A DNA stretch of 64,000 nt from positions 4,994,270 to 5,058,269 of the forward strand of contig MU054212.1 in the NCBI GenBank assembly GCA_013239625.1. The letters run 5' to 3'. Shown in pieces: positions 38,685 to 52,097 of the stretch. The DNA is from Lama guanicoe. Taxonomy: Eukaryota. The notes beneath the pieces were generated by a model. It was not told the DNA's origin. It made no database searches and saw only the letters and a program-made list of their open reading frames with translations. Position 1 is the first letter of the stretch; every line of letters begins with the position of its first letter. The translations under genes were made by a program, and so were the position numbers.

Positions 38685-39384
38685 TGTATTTGTTTTCTTT
38701 CTTTTTAATTGAAGTATAGTTGATTTACAATGTTATGTTCCTTTCAGGTGTACAGCAAAATGATTCTGTTATATATATATATTTCTTTTTAAGACTCTTT
38801 TCCCTTATAGGTTGTTACAAGATATTTTAATTTGTTTTCTATTGCCATATAACAAATTAGCACCAAATTTAACAGCTTGAACGCATACACATTCATCTTA
38901 CAGTTCAGCAAGTTAGGAGTCCAGGCAAAGTATAGCTGAGTTTTCTGCACCAGATGTCAGGCAACGTGTTGGTGGGGCTGCATTTCTTTCTGAAACTCAA
39001 GGTCCTTTTCCAAGTTTATGTGGTTGTTGGCAAGATTCAGTTCCTTGCGGTTGTGTGATTAGAGCCCTGACTTTATAATGGCTGTTGGCTGGAGGAGACC
39101 CTCAGCTTCTAGAGGTCGTCTGCTGTTCTCTACCATGTTCCCCTGCCCACAGGCAGTGCACCACATGGTTGTTCGTTTCTTCAAGGCAAGCACGAGAGTT
39201 CCCTCTCTACTTCATTAATACAGAGTTTCACAAGGTAATCTAATCAAGAGAGTGGCGGTCTACCTGTTACTTTTCCCATATTGCATTGATTAGAAGAAAA
39301 TCACAAGTCCCACCCACATTCAAGGGGAAGGGTTATATATGGGCTAAAGATTATGGTAGCCAGTTTAAATGTATACTTACTACA
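38685..39384 (-). mobile_element. MaLR LTR (MLT1E/F-like), interrupted at its tip by an L1 3' fragment
   Basis: 'tgtatt...ttttctattgccatataacaaatt...aagattcagttccttgcggttgt...cccacccacattcaagggga...actaca'; 5-bp flanks atatt/atgtt. Confidence 0.8.
38699..38829 (-). mobile_element. Artiodactyl-type L1 extreme 3' end (~130 bp)
   Basis: 'ttttaattgaagtatagttgatttacaatgtt...tttcaggtgtacagc...ttataggttgttacaagatatt'; 11-bp TSD atttgttttct (38688-38698 / 38830-38840). Confidence 0.85.
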
Positions 39385-42300
39385 ATGTTTAACGTGGATT
39401 TAAATAAAAGTTGTGAAATGACAATACTGGAGGAATAGAGGAAGGAAAAGTAGACGGATGTATATAAGATCTCATGGATTCTTCATATTCTGGCTGTTGG
39501 TAATGTCTAAAACAAAAACACTAAATAATATTAACCTGACAAAAATGCTGGTGAATATGAAGAAAATATCAGAAGAAATGTGTTTAATCCCTGTTCTGCA
39601 TATATATTTGAGAAATGAAAATTAGGTCAGAAAAAAATATATATATAAGTAGCATTTGAACTGAATAACAGCTATGGATCTGAGAGAAGAAAGCAGAAAT
39701 TAGAAATACTGAAGGAAAGATAGGGGAGAAAGAAAAAGAGTTAATTTATGCTTCAGTATGGGGTTATAGAAACAAAGATGATTAAGCATTCCAGGGCAGA
39801 TTTCTGTAAGAATCATGTGAGGATCTGTAATACATATTTCTGTTGGTTTGTTTCTAAGAATATTTTCTCCAACATATGTAAGTTTCTCAAAAAATAAACA
39901 AAAATCAGTAAGACAATTTGTCAGAAAACCATGCCTAATAAAATAGTAGTAATTTAAGAGAAGCTTGTTAAATTAATTTTTCAAGTGATTTGATTTAGTC
40001 AATTATTCAATAAAGGAAAATTTAAGATTTTAATTTGACAACGAAGTGATATGAAAACAATATAGGAAAACAGAAAATATGATGTAAGGGATTAATATTT
40101 ACCTAAGAAATTGACATTAGTCACAGATATATCAGTTGAAATATTCCTGTTAAGAAGTTAAATTCCAGCCACATTATCAGCAAAAATAAAATTTTGTCGT
40201 TGTTGTTGTCAGAGGCCAACATTCCAAATGATAAAATAAAATAATTCCAAAATAATAAAAATTTCCCCCTCTCTTGGAGAAAGTTTTGTTTCATCTTCTA
40301 TCTCAAGCAAGACAGCTAACATTTTCCCACATATTTTATCATCAGTTTTTCTTGCATAACAAATAGATCAATCAATGGTAAATCATGACGTAAGTTGTAC
40401 CAAGAAAAACAACATGAAATCATCTTGTCTTGTAGACATTCATTTTATGAATAATGAAAAGCCCTCTTAAATCTGTCAATAATGACAGGGCAGAAGAATT
40501 AGAAGAGAAGGAAGAAGAGAAAAAGGGCAATATAGAAATAGAAAGAGAAAGAATTTCATTTACTGCACTAGTATAGTGAGGTTCAAATACTAAAAAAAAA
40601 AAAAATCAAATATTATAAGTTTCCACATCAGTGTCTTCAATAAATCATGAAAGACAAGAGAATAAAACAAAAATATATGAGTTAAAACAAAAATAAGCCC
40701 CCAAAACAAGCAAACAACAAAAAACACTGATGTAATGAAGAGGAAAAAAAAATGGCTTCTGGGGAAAACAAAACAAGAAAGCAGCAACAGTAGTAATGGC
40801 AATGTAGTCTACAGAGTGTATCCCTCAGGACTGGAACAGAGGGAAGACAGAGCAACTTCCTTGAAGGAGCTAAGCATTGCATTTTTTTATCTCTGTGAGA
40901 ATCTGGAGGTGAGTGAGGGAATAATAACCTCTGCATACTTGTTGCTCTAATAAGAGTAAATGTACATAACAAAGACATTTGTTTTCAGTACCACGTATAG
41001 ACTTTAGAATGGCGATGTTTGTGTTTCTTTTGGAGGACCGTGTTTCCTCTTAATGGATTTCAGTTTTCAAACTCTATATAGTTGAAACTGTGGCTTTCAA
41101 ACCAGAATCAAACCCTATTAATGAATAATAGTAAATACTGAAATAAAATACATGTATACACAGGAAAACATAACCTATTAATTCCAAAAGTATTTTAAAA
41201 TAAAATGGAACTTACGTCTTAAAAGTCAAATGATCAGATGTCCTGGTAAATGAACATGCTTTCCAACGCTGTTATTAGTCTTCCACCATGCTAAAATCGG
41301 ATCATCCACGTTTCAATGCAAGATTTAAGAATATTTAAAGTGACTGGGAGGTTGGTAGACTTATGAGTAATTTTATAGTTGGTTTTACGTGAATGGTTTG
41401 TGAGAAATGGCATAAAACTCCCGTCACTTTTCGACTGTAAAGACTAACGGCAGAAGTATAACAGAGAAAGGATCAGAGGTTTAGAAGTAAAATGGAACTC
41501 AGTAATTGTTTTTAGGCATTAATGGAGTATCAAGGTTTTTGGCCAATTGTGACCTCTCTGTACTGAAGGCCAAAGCTATCTTAGATTAATCTAGTTTTTT
41601 GATGCTTATCATTTAGAAGACAATGACATGTTTTTCCATTGTTTTGGGGGCAATAGGTGCTTACTTACTAACATATTTAATATGTCCATGTTTCATTGCA
41701 GGACAGACTTGAAAAATCATTAGTGTAGAATAACACCTATTAATAATAATATGAATTATATGTATTATGCATAAGCTTGGACAATATATGTTGGTCATTT
41801 TCCAGTGTTGGTCAGTTTCTAATACAATGAACACACCATCATGTAGTACTGTTTTGAAAACAAACATGATTTTTTCTAGAGGAGGAAAAGACATTTTTAG
41901 TATTAAGATAAAAAAAGATAAAAGCAAGAAGTTTATGGTATTTTCCATTACAATTCAGTAAAATAACTGTATTGACCTCTGCATGAATGAGAAAATATCT
42001 AAGATGAGATGTTTGCCAAATTTTTCTTTAAATGAGAAAGATTTCTGTTTTTCCCTGCATTGTGATAGAATGAACTAAATGAAAACAAGTTATCTAAATG
42101 CCTAATGTTTAAATACCAACGCATCAATGGTAAGAAAAACAGGTAAAACAGATAGAAAAATGTTCCTAACCAAACTGACTATATAGTTTCATAGCAAGAT
42201 TAAAAAGAAAATTCAACTCAAATATGAAGTACCAGCTTTCTGTCATTAACATGATAAAAAAGTGAATTTAACTTCATGGGTAATTTGACACATTAAGAAA

Positions 42301-43657
42301 ATGATGGCAAAACATCGGTGTCTTCACTGCTGCTCCTTCCTGAGATGCAGCAACTATTGATCATCATGAGTTTGCAGCTAGAATTTTGCTTGAGTCTATG
42401 GATCTTTAAGCATTATTTTACCAAAATGATGAAAGCATTTTAGGAGTTTTCAGCATGTTTGTTATTTTCACTTGATTACAAATTTTCATGTAAATGTAAA
42501 CATTTTTAAACTACATTACACTTAAGAAAGCTAAAATTAATATGCATCTAAATTATATTGATATATTCACTGAAATCAAACCAACATACTGGGTTTTCAT
42601 ATTGAAAAATTATAGTTTACATGTTTTTATGTTATGGTTATGTTTACCACAATATTAAGCTTCATAAAATGCATATGATTTCTGATTATGTTTACCTTCA
42701 ACAGTATTTGATCATTTATAACTTGGAATGAACATCAATCTGAAAATAAAAATTTCTCATAAAAAATAACTTCAGACAAAATGATTATTAGTACCTAAAT
42801 CAAGAAAGCGATCAAGTTAGTTTAAGTTGTCATTTAAACTAGCTGGATAATACAAATACATTTCGAATAGAAAAACTACTGATTTAAACCTTGGGCAGAT
42901 GCATTTGAAATTACCAAAATATTAGCTTTCTAAGCTTTAGGCTGAACATGTCATTTTTTGAGTTGTAGGCAAGTGTGCTGCACCTGGCTAACCAATCAAT
43001 TTAAATTGACATTTTGTTAGAACAGGAGTATTTGGGGAATACAAGATGAACACCTTTTCGTCCTTACTCATAAATCAATTCTATTCTGTGCACAGGACAT
43101 AGAAAATCCTTTAGCTCAAGTTATTAAAATGCAATTTTAACAAAATAACTGCATTTTCTTCTCTTGCCCAAGATGTTTGTGAAAAAGTACACTCACAGTA
43201 TATCCTAAAAATGTTACTGTAAATATGTATATCTGCAATAGGAATGGCTGTAAAAATTTTTTTACTTCAAAAGGACGTGTAATTTTTTAGAAGATGTTCT
43301 TTGTTTTATAAACAGGGCTGGTGGATGACTTGCAGGGAATGTAGAATGGTACACGTATATGTTTGTGTGAAGCTTATGTTAATCAATAATGAATCTAGTC
43401 AGTCCTTATGTAAAAATTCCAGAAAATACTTGGCGAGGCGGGAGATGATACGGTATTCATTTATCTTGGTGGTAGTTGTATTTGCTCAGCAGAAGGGTAA
43501 TGTATGCTTGATCTTGACAAGCTGTTTGTGTTTTGACCTTATTAAGTTTTGAACCATTTGAGAGCACTCCATTGATTACTGAATGACATACTTAGGCTGA
43601 AGAAGCTTTCACTATGTTTGTAGATAACCTCCTCAATTGGACTTTCTAGCAGGGCGG

Positions 43658-44165
43658 TGTGATAGTTTTAAAGTTTATGCCCACATGTTCTTTAATATTC
43701 TTCTCCTTCAAAAGGTGAAGTTCAATTCCCCTCCCCTTTAGTGTGGGTAATAGTAAATGACTCACTTTTAACCAATGGAATGTAGTACAAGTGACATTGT
43801 GTGGTATCTAATATTCAGATAAAAAGGGCATCACTACTTCCTTCTTACTCTTTCTGTTGGATTCCTTTATCTGGGGTACATCACTTCTGTTATCTTTAGG
43901 ACATCCAAGCAGACCCATAATAAGTCCTGTGGTCTGCAGCACAACCGTATGAGTGAGCCACCTAAGAAACTGCAAATCCCAGCCCCAGTTATCTTCTGGA
44001 TGGTACAGCCCAGCCAACACCTTAATTGAAACCTCAGGAGTTACCCAGATCCGGAACCAACCAGATGGGCCACTTCTGGATTCTGAACTCTCAGAAATAG
44101 TGTGAGATAATATACGTTTGTTGTTTTAATTTTGGAGAAAATTTGTTACACAGAAAATTATGTAT
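43658..44165 (+). mobile_element. MaLR LTR (MLT1F-like)
   Basis: 'tgtgatag...ttcccctccccttt...accaatggaatgtag...cagcccagccaacacctt...tgtgagataatatacgtttgttgtttt...atttgttacacag'. Confidence 0.8.
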
Positions 44166-44189
44166 TAAATTTTTCAATTAACAATTAGA

Positions 44190-45600
44190 GATAACAACAT
44201 GAATCTCTTCTTAACTATCAGAGTCCAATTGAAATAAGTACTTGTATTTCTTCCCAGATAATAAAAGGATCATAAATCATTGTATCTCTAGTTAGCCCCT
44301 TAAGTCATTTGGTATTTTTGCTGTGTATTTTTATTCTATATACTTCTAACTCTCACAAGATGAAATAATTATTATTCTTGCTGTTTAAGCATCTGCAACA
44401 TATCTTTAGAGCTATTTTGGTAAAAATTTGAGATTAAATAAAAGCAAAATTTAGTCCCTGTTATAAAAACTATGTGTTCTAGAAGTGGGAGTCCCCCATA
44501 CAAAAACAAAAGTGCAATTAACAATTACAGTGGCTTTATTTCTGCAGAGTAGTTTTTTGGTTTGGGTTTTGTTGTGGTGGTGGTGGGTTTTATTGGCTGT
44601 CGGCTCTTTTTATATCAAGATCTTTAATTTAAACAGCTTATTAGTCATTTAGAGAAACTCATATTTAATGAACAGTACATTTTTACTTATGTATTTACTG
44701 ACAATACCTATCACCCTTATAAATTATAAAAATTTCACTGTGAATAGCATTTTGGACATTTTCTCCTCAAAATTCTCAACTGAGATCCATTTGATTTCAG
44801 TCCTGTTACGTGCATTTCTCTTCTCCACACTTCAATACTTTTCCAATTGTTTCAAATAATGATATTTTACTTTTTTTGTGACTACTCAGTGCATACTGAA
44901 ACTCTAGATTTGCTTTGTATGTGTTGTTTTGTTTTATGGCTGTTGCTTGGCTTTCCTTATGTCTCAGACAACCTTTATTTTATTTTGCTTTTGATCATTG
45001 CATTATTCTAATTATCTCTTTTCTTTTGGAACACTGATCATTCAGAGGTTGGTTCTGCATAAATTACCTTCTATCTGTTACTGTGTCTCAATTTTTTTAT
45101 CTGATTCACTTCCTGTGCATTCTGAAACCTTTTAATGTTTTTCTCATACATTAAATTTAATTTCCTTTATTGTCTTGTCTATATTTTATACATGCAGTGA
45201 AGATGCTATGTCCACAGCAATTATGCTTTGTTGCATTTTCTTTTTTCTCTGCTCTTTGCTGTCCCATGGTAGCCTTATGTTTAATAAAGGCAATGGCCTT
45301 CATGAAGATTTTGTAAAAGGAAAAACATGCCTCATCATCAAGTTGTGTTTCAGTAATAGAACTCAGATTGCTGTTTGCACTTAATTTTACCTACTGGGCA
45401 TGAACCCCAAGAGTATGACGTACATTTAATCCTATCTATGTGTTTCAGGTAATGAAATATCCTATCTTCTTCTAGTAGTTGATAATACTCTATTATAGGA
45501 TTCCTTTTTAATAATTATTCCCAATGACTATTTTTCTTTTATTTTTTTAATCTGGAAGTTTATGTTGGAAACAGTCCATGTTCAAGTCCAGTCTACCTTC
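44190..45600 (-). mobile_element. Very old antisense L1/HAL1 debris
   Basis: T-rich tract with L1-like runs; heavily diverged. Confidence 0.35.
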
Positions 45601-47896
45601 TGAAGACCGCTGTTCTCAATTCCTATAATTTACATTTGAATTTGAAACTCACATATTTTAACTATACCTTTGTTAATGTGTTGCTTCTTATGCAAGTTCT
45701 AACTACAAATCCAGAGCCTTCAGAAAGCAAATTGATGCTCTGGCAAAATATATCTATGTATATATTTTATTTGTTTGCTACTTTTCTTCAGTGTATGCCT
45801 CAGTTTTACATTCCTTAACTTGTCTTACAGCTTAACAAGACCAAAGTCATCTTAGTTGTCCCACATCTTTGCAAAAGAGTCAAAATAATGATGGGAACAT
45901 ATTAAACACTAAAAATATACTTATTGAGTAAGAGGATGAATGCTCTTCCTCCATTAAATGCTAGGCTGTGATAGCCTATGCTGAGCTTCTGTGGTTTGAA
46001 AGCATATAAAATGCACTCATGCAAATTAAATATATTTTTTAAATGCTCATAGAAAGCATGTTAACGTCACTTAACAAGCAAAGATACAAAATGCTGTAAG
46101 CCCTTGTCATAAAAGTTGGCTAGTCATACGTATATTAACTGTATAATGATTTTCCCGTTCTGAAATATATGCATTAATGGGCTGCCCAGCTCTATCTTAT
46201 TTATTCATTTGTTTCCAGTTGAACTGGAGAACACTCATTTTAATTCTAGGAAACCTTGCAAACATGTATTATCCCATGAATTGTCAGAAAATCATAAAAG
46301 TAAGGCAGTTTTTTTGTGTCTTTTCCTTCTCAAGCTTCAGTTATTTTGGCATATTGATAAGAGGCCTTTTTTTTTTAAACATCCAAGACAATAAACATAA
46401 GGATTACCACTAATTATAACACCTTCTGGGGTCTCTTGGCCTGTTATATTGTTGTCATAAGCTGAGTACAATCTTGCCCACTTTTTTTGACACTTTGTCA
46501 TCTGAAGCATATTTCAAAATGTAAGTATTCCTTCTTGCCCTGGAAAAGTTGTACAGTAAATACAACTGTTTTGACCTTTTCAATATTCTCCGTTTTGACT
46601 GGTTGTCTGTTCCAATCACAGGTTCTTGGGGTGGTAAACAGGGGAAAGCTGGGTATGGGAAGCAAATCAAATTACAGAATACTAAAAAGGTCATAGGAGG
46701 ATGGTTTTAACTTCAAAGAAGATAAGAGATAGGGAAAAAACACAACGTTTGAAAAATGAGTAAATGCAAACTGATGTGTGTTCTTAACAAATAACTAATT
46801 AAACCCAATGTTTACTAACATTTAAAAATTATTTTTAGACTTCATCTGAAAAGTCAGTAAGCACGTTCTTTCTACAAATTAATGTAACTAATTTTATTTT
46901 CCTTATTATTAATAATATGTGAAATCCTCTTGAACAGGAAACCTTTACTGCTTTACTGTAGATAGTATTTAGCGAATGACAACTGCATAATAGTATGAAT
47001 TTCCTTCCATCCAATATGCCTTGAAATATTGACTAAAAAGCTCAAATAGAAGATGAACTTTACTTAGTTTATTCTGCCTGACTGAAATTTCCCACAGTTG
47101 GGTGTATTTCTCTCCCTGCTACATGAGTCTCGGAGGACAGATCTTTTTATTGTGCTGTTTCTTTCATTGATGGATAGCTTCTCAAATGTTAAATACACTT
47201 AAACAAGAATCAATTGTACACATCAATCAGAGATGAAGCTTTTTCAAAATACACAGGAATTTTGGCTGAATGTCTCCAGTAATGTGACTTCAAAGCATCA
47301 CACAGGTGTAAACTAATGTGTATATCTGTGTTGCAAGCTGTCATCTAGAGATGAAAACACTGCTTGTCTTTTAAAACTGTGGAATAGTGTGGTAAAGTTT
47401 GGTAACCTTTTTCTTATTAAAAATGTTCCCTAAACTTTCCTAGTCGAGGGGAAGATTCAGTTACTTAATTCTAATCAGTTAGCTCTCAGCTCAGCACATT
47501 ATCTCAGGGAAGCATGTAGATGGGGCCACCACCATATCCAGTACTGTTTGTGCCCAAGCCCAAGCTGGGGGGATGCAAGGCCCCAGAGTAAGCATGTACT
47601 TTTAGATACAACCGCTTAGCCAGAACTAGTCAGTACACCTGCCCACATGTAAAAGGGCCAAGAAGTGAAATACTGCCATGTAGTCAGACCAGGGTGCTGT
47701 AAATACTCTGTTAGCTGTGTTAATCACTACCTTAAGAAGCAATGAAAACATGGGAAAATACACTCTATGTTTAGTAGGTCCACCTTTTTTTACTCCCAAT
47801 CATTATAGCCAAGTGAGTTTTGAAATTCACTTTTATTTCTCTTTGGATTTTAGCAAAGTTATATGGTGCAAATAGCTGAAGGGCTTGTGGTCATTA

Positions 47897-48373
47897 CAGC
47901 TCTTCCTTGACTTACAATGGGGATATATCCTGAAAATGTTGTTAAGTTGAAAATTCATTTAATACACTAAACCTACCAAACATCCCAGCTCAGCCTAGCC
48001 TACCTAAAAGGTGCTCAGAACACTTACATTAGCCTACAGTTGATCAACATCATCTAACACAAGGCCTTTTTAATAATAAAGTGTTGAGTGTCTCATGTAA
48101 TTTGTTGAACACTATATTGAAAGTGAAAAACAGAATGGCTGGGTGCAGAACGCTTGTGAGTGTATCAGTTGTTTATCCCTGTGATCGTCTGGCTGCTGGG
48201 GGCTGCCGCTGTCCAGCATCCCAAGAAAGCAGCTTCATAGGCCATAGCAACAGGCTAGGAAAAGACTAAAATTCAAAATTCAAAGTATAATTTCTACTGA
48301 ATGCATAAAATTTTTGTACCATTGTAAAGTGGAAAAATTGTAAGTCGAAGAATCGTAAGTCAGGAACTGTCTG
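47897..48373 (+). mobile_element. Tigger5/MER47-like DNA transposon
   Basis: TA|cagctcttccttgacttacaatgg...cgtaagtcaggaactgtctg|TA; internal 'agcctagcctacct...gctcagaacacttacattagcctacagttg'. Confidence 0.9.
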
Positions 48374-51280
48374 TACCTTCCTGAGTGTAGCCTCCCCTGA
48401 GTGTGGCCTTTGTAATTAATTGGTAGATGCATACTGCTGAACTGGGATTATCTGACTAGGGCACTCATCACCCCTAAGGTGTAGCTTAAATTAACTTTCA
48501 CACTTAATATCCCATCCTGTGAAATGCCTGAAGTTACATCGCAAATACAAAAACAAGTTTTTGTACATGTGGCCTATATTTGGAATCAATCCATCAGAAG
48601 TTAGAGGAGCAGGACTCAAGACAGCCTAGGCAAAAAGATTAATTTAATAAAATATTAGTATGGCTTAAGGAGTGCAAGGATAGTAGTGAGGTTGGGGATT
48701 AGGGAAAAAATAAAACTGGGAAAGCAAATATTATCAGAATTAGCTCAGTCTTGTAGTGTGGCTTCTCTTTGTAGATCATTGATTTCATTATTCATTTATT
48801 CATTTATTTGTTTATTTATTTTGCTGTCTAATTTGCATACAGGCTTCTTTTCTTTTCTGGTCAGCATGATTGGATACGTTACCAAAAAAAAAAGTTTAAG
48901 CACACAAAAACTCAGCTTCAAATCCAATTTTCTTGAGTAATGTCCTGATGTAGATCTGTAAGTCCAGGCCATCAGGCTGTGCTCTGAGGAGCTGGGGTCA
49001 GTTGGTGGTGTTATCCTGGTCAAGGATTCACCCAGGATAACTAACTGCATCACCAACGATGGCCAAGTTGGATGGAGTCACAGACTAACATGAGCACACT
49101 CACTGCAGTGAGTCTACAGAAGCTTTGGGTCCCATACTGGTGGAGTAAATACCATATTACTCTGCAGTGCACATTTTCTGCTCCTCCTCTAGACTATTTG
49201 TGCTAAGACGTTATCGAATGTATCTCTAATTGCTGTTATCTATGAGTTCGCAACACATATTAAGTAGTAAAAATGTTTATTGAATAAATAATAACATTTT
49301 AAATATCCCTGACAACATGTTATCTACAAACATCAGAAACGTAGAACTCTGTTTATTTCCATCTGAGTCACTTTATTCAGTGTTTTCTTTAATATAAAGA
49401 CATAAAGTCCCCTCTGTAGTATATGCTATCACTTACTAACCTAGCATTTCGTTTCTTCTCCTTCTTCTTTTTAAAAGAATCTCTATTTTGCTCAATTGGC
49501 CACTCTTAACCCTACAAAGACCTTATATATTTTAGTGACTTAAACTCCAGTCCAGAGGGAGGTCCTGATCAGTCTACACAATCACACTTACCTGTAGCTA
49601 ATGTAGAAACAGGCCAAGTTGAATCAGAATATAGAACAGAGTATTACCAAGATAAATGTTACTATTTAAAGGTACATGTGTTTTCTGTTGACCTGATGAA
49701 AATGAAAAAGTAACTTTCATCTTATGGCTATTAAAGAAGTCTCTTTTCTTTCATATTAGACAAGAAAAGAGCCAGTTGTGCTAGTTTCTGCTAATATCCA
49801 TCTTATAAACATGGAAACAATGAGACTAAGGTAATGCTGGCATGAAACACAAAGTGAAACAGAATCACCAAGAAACAGAGACAGGGAGAACCCAGATTTA
49901 CCATATCTGATACTTGTCCTTCTTTCGAATGCCCTGCTGTGTGTGATAATGTTTCCATTTTTCTCCAAGTCTATTTGAAAAAAGTCTTTTTGTTCTTCAT
50001 AGCTGAAGACAAGCAAAAGAATACATCCTCCCTAAATGTCTATTTGCCTTTGAGGTATTTGAAAAAATAAAATGGCCCAAGAATACTTCAGTATATGAAA
50101 ATATGTATATTAGCCTCTAATATTATTTATTCTGCTTAGCTTAATTCATAGATGAATTGTTACTTCCTTTACCAACATCAGTTTTCAAAGTATGTTGTGT
50201 ATTAATAGTGTAAAAAAAGATAATGACATACTTACTTTTTCAACCAAGAAACCTTACCTATCCAAATTGTAAACGATCCTTATCTTTTTAATATAACCAA
50301 TAAGAATTTATGTAATTAGTCTTTGACTCAGATTACCATATGTATTTCAAAATAATTGATAGGGTTTTATGGATCCTTATAATTCAGACTTTTATTTTGT
50401 CAAACATCTGTTCTCCATAATCATTTCATTTCAATTGTCTGTTCTTCTCTCGGAAAAGTATGCATCTTTTAGGCATTTTTTTCTATTTCAGGCATGACCA
50501 TCATAAGTGCATTTTATGACTTTTGTTTCTAACAGATTCTACAGAGAACTGGACTATTTAGAGATTTTTTTTTAATTTAATAGAAGCATGAAGTAGTAAA
50601 CAATAAAAAAGGAAAATCACAAAGTCAATTCAGAATTGTTATTAAAATTAGCGTTGTACCCTTCCATTTATGGGTAGGCTAGAAGTGGGAACCAAAAGTT
50701 GTTTAGCACACTTTGTTTTGCAAATCATCTTTAAATATGCAGCAATGAAAACCTTTGTCTTAGAAGTTGTCCTTACATCCTAATATTGAAAGCAAAAGTT
50801 AACCAATGAATATTTTAAAGATAAAACAAAGGAACACTATAGGGCAATTCTAAAGGCTGTGCAACGTTGCAGGACAGAATGGAAAAGTTTAAAAAGAGCA
50901 TTAATTGCTATGGCTAGAAGAACTAAGGCAAGCAGAGAGGAATTCCCCTATTTGGGGTACAGCCAAGCTTCTGAGGTTTGGTTGAGCAGACCTTGAATTT
51001 GTGAGATGAATCAGGCTACACTTGCCCTCTCTCCAGATATAGAACTTATATAATTTAAAAAGGCTGATAACTATATTCTAAAACACTGACTTAATTCAAG
51101 TATAAAGTAAATAGAATAATAGCTGTTATATTTCTTCCAAAAGAGGAGCAATCAGCCTTAATCTTATATATAAGGATCATTTTAAAACATGTGTAAAGAG
51201 TCTACCTAAGTATGGGTAACATTAGTTAAATTTTGGCCCTCTAAAACAACTGGATATATTAGATAACCCAGTGTGACCTT

Positions 51281-52097
51281 TTATTTTTTATGTTTTTTCT
51301 TCCAGTTTTATTGAGATATAATTGATGTATTGCACTGTATATGATTAAGGTGTACAGAATGATTACCACAATAAGTTTAGTGACCATCTGTCATCTCATG
51401 TAAATGCAACATTAAAGAAAAGGAAAAAAAATGTTCCTTGCGATGAGTACTCTTAGGACTTAACAACTTTCATTTAACATTCAGCAGTGTTAATTATATT
51501 AATCATGTTGTACATTACATACCTCATACTTATTCATCTTGTATCTGGAAGTTTGTACCTTTTGATCACCTTTGGGACCATACAAAGATATTGTATTATT
51601 GACTATATTCTCCATGCTGTTCATTTCATCTTTATGATTCATTTATTTTCTAACTGGAAGTTTGTGCCTCTTCCCTGATCTATTTCATTCATCCTTCCAT
51701 GCTCTCCCCTCTGGCAACTGCCTGTTTGTTCTCTGCATCTCGGACTCTGTTTCTGTCTTGTTATGTTTGTATATTTGTTTTACTTCTTAGATTTTATATA
51801 TAAGTGAAATCACACAGTATTTGTCTTTGTCTGAGTTATTCAATTAGCATGATACTCTAGGTCTGTCCATGTAGTCTTGTGGCAAGATTTCATTATTTTT
51901 ATGAAATATTATAATATCCCATTGTGTGTGTGTGTGTATATATGTATATATATATATATACACCACATCTTCTTTATCCATTCATCTATTGATAGACACT
52001 TAAGTTGCTTCTTTATCTTGGCTACTGTGAATAAAATTGCAATGAAAATAGGAGTGCATATATCTTTTCAAACTAGTGTTTTTGTTTTCCTTGGAAA
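51281..52097 (-). mobile_element. Laurasiatherian L1 3' end (antisense)
   Basis: 'cagttttattgagatataattga...ctggaagtttgtaccttttg...ataagtgaaatcacacagtatttgtc...tatccattcatctattgatagacactt'. Confidence 0.9.

Noticed and set aside
40815..40914. Strong donor GAG|gtgagt with an upstream ORF
   Set aside because: No convincing acceptor and no recognisable peptide.
51540..51680. Repeated 'ctggaagtttgt' unit in the antisense L1
   Set aside because: Most likely the internal repeat of this L1 3'UTR family rather than a locus-specific event.
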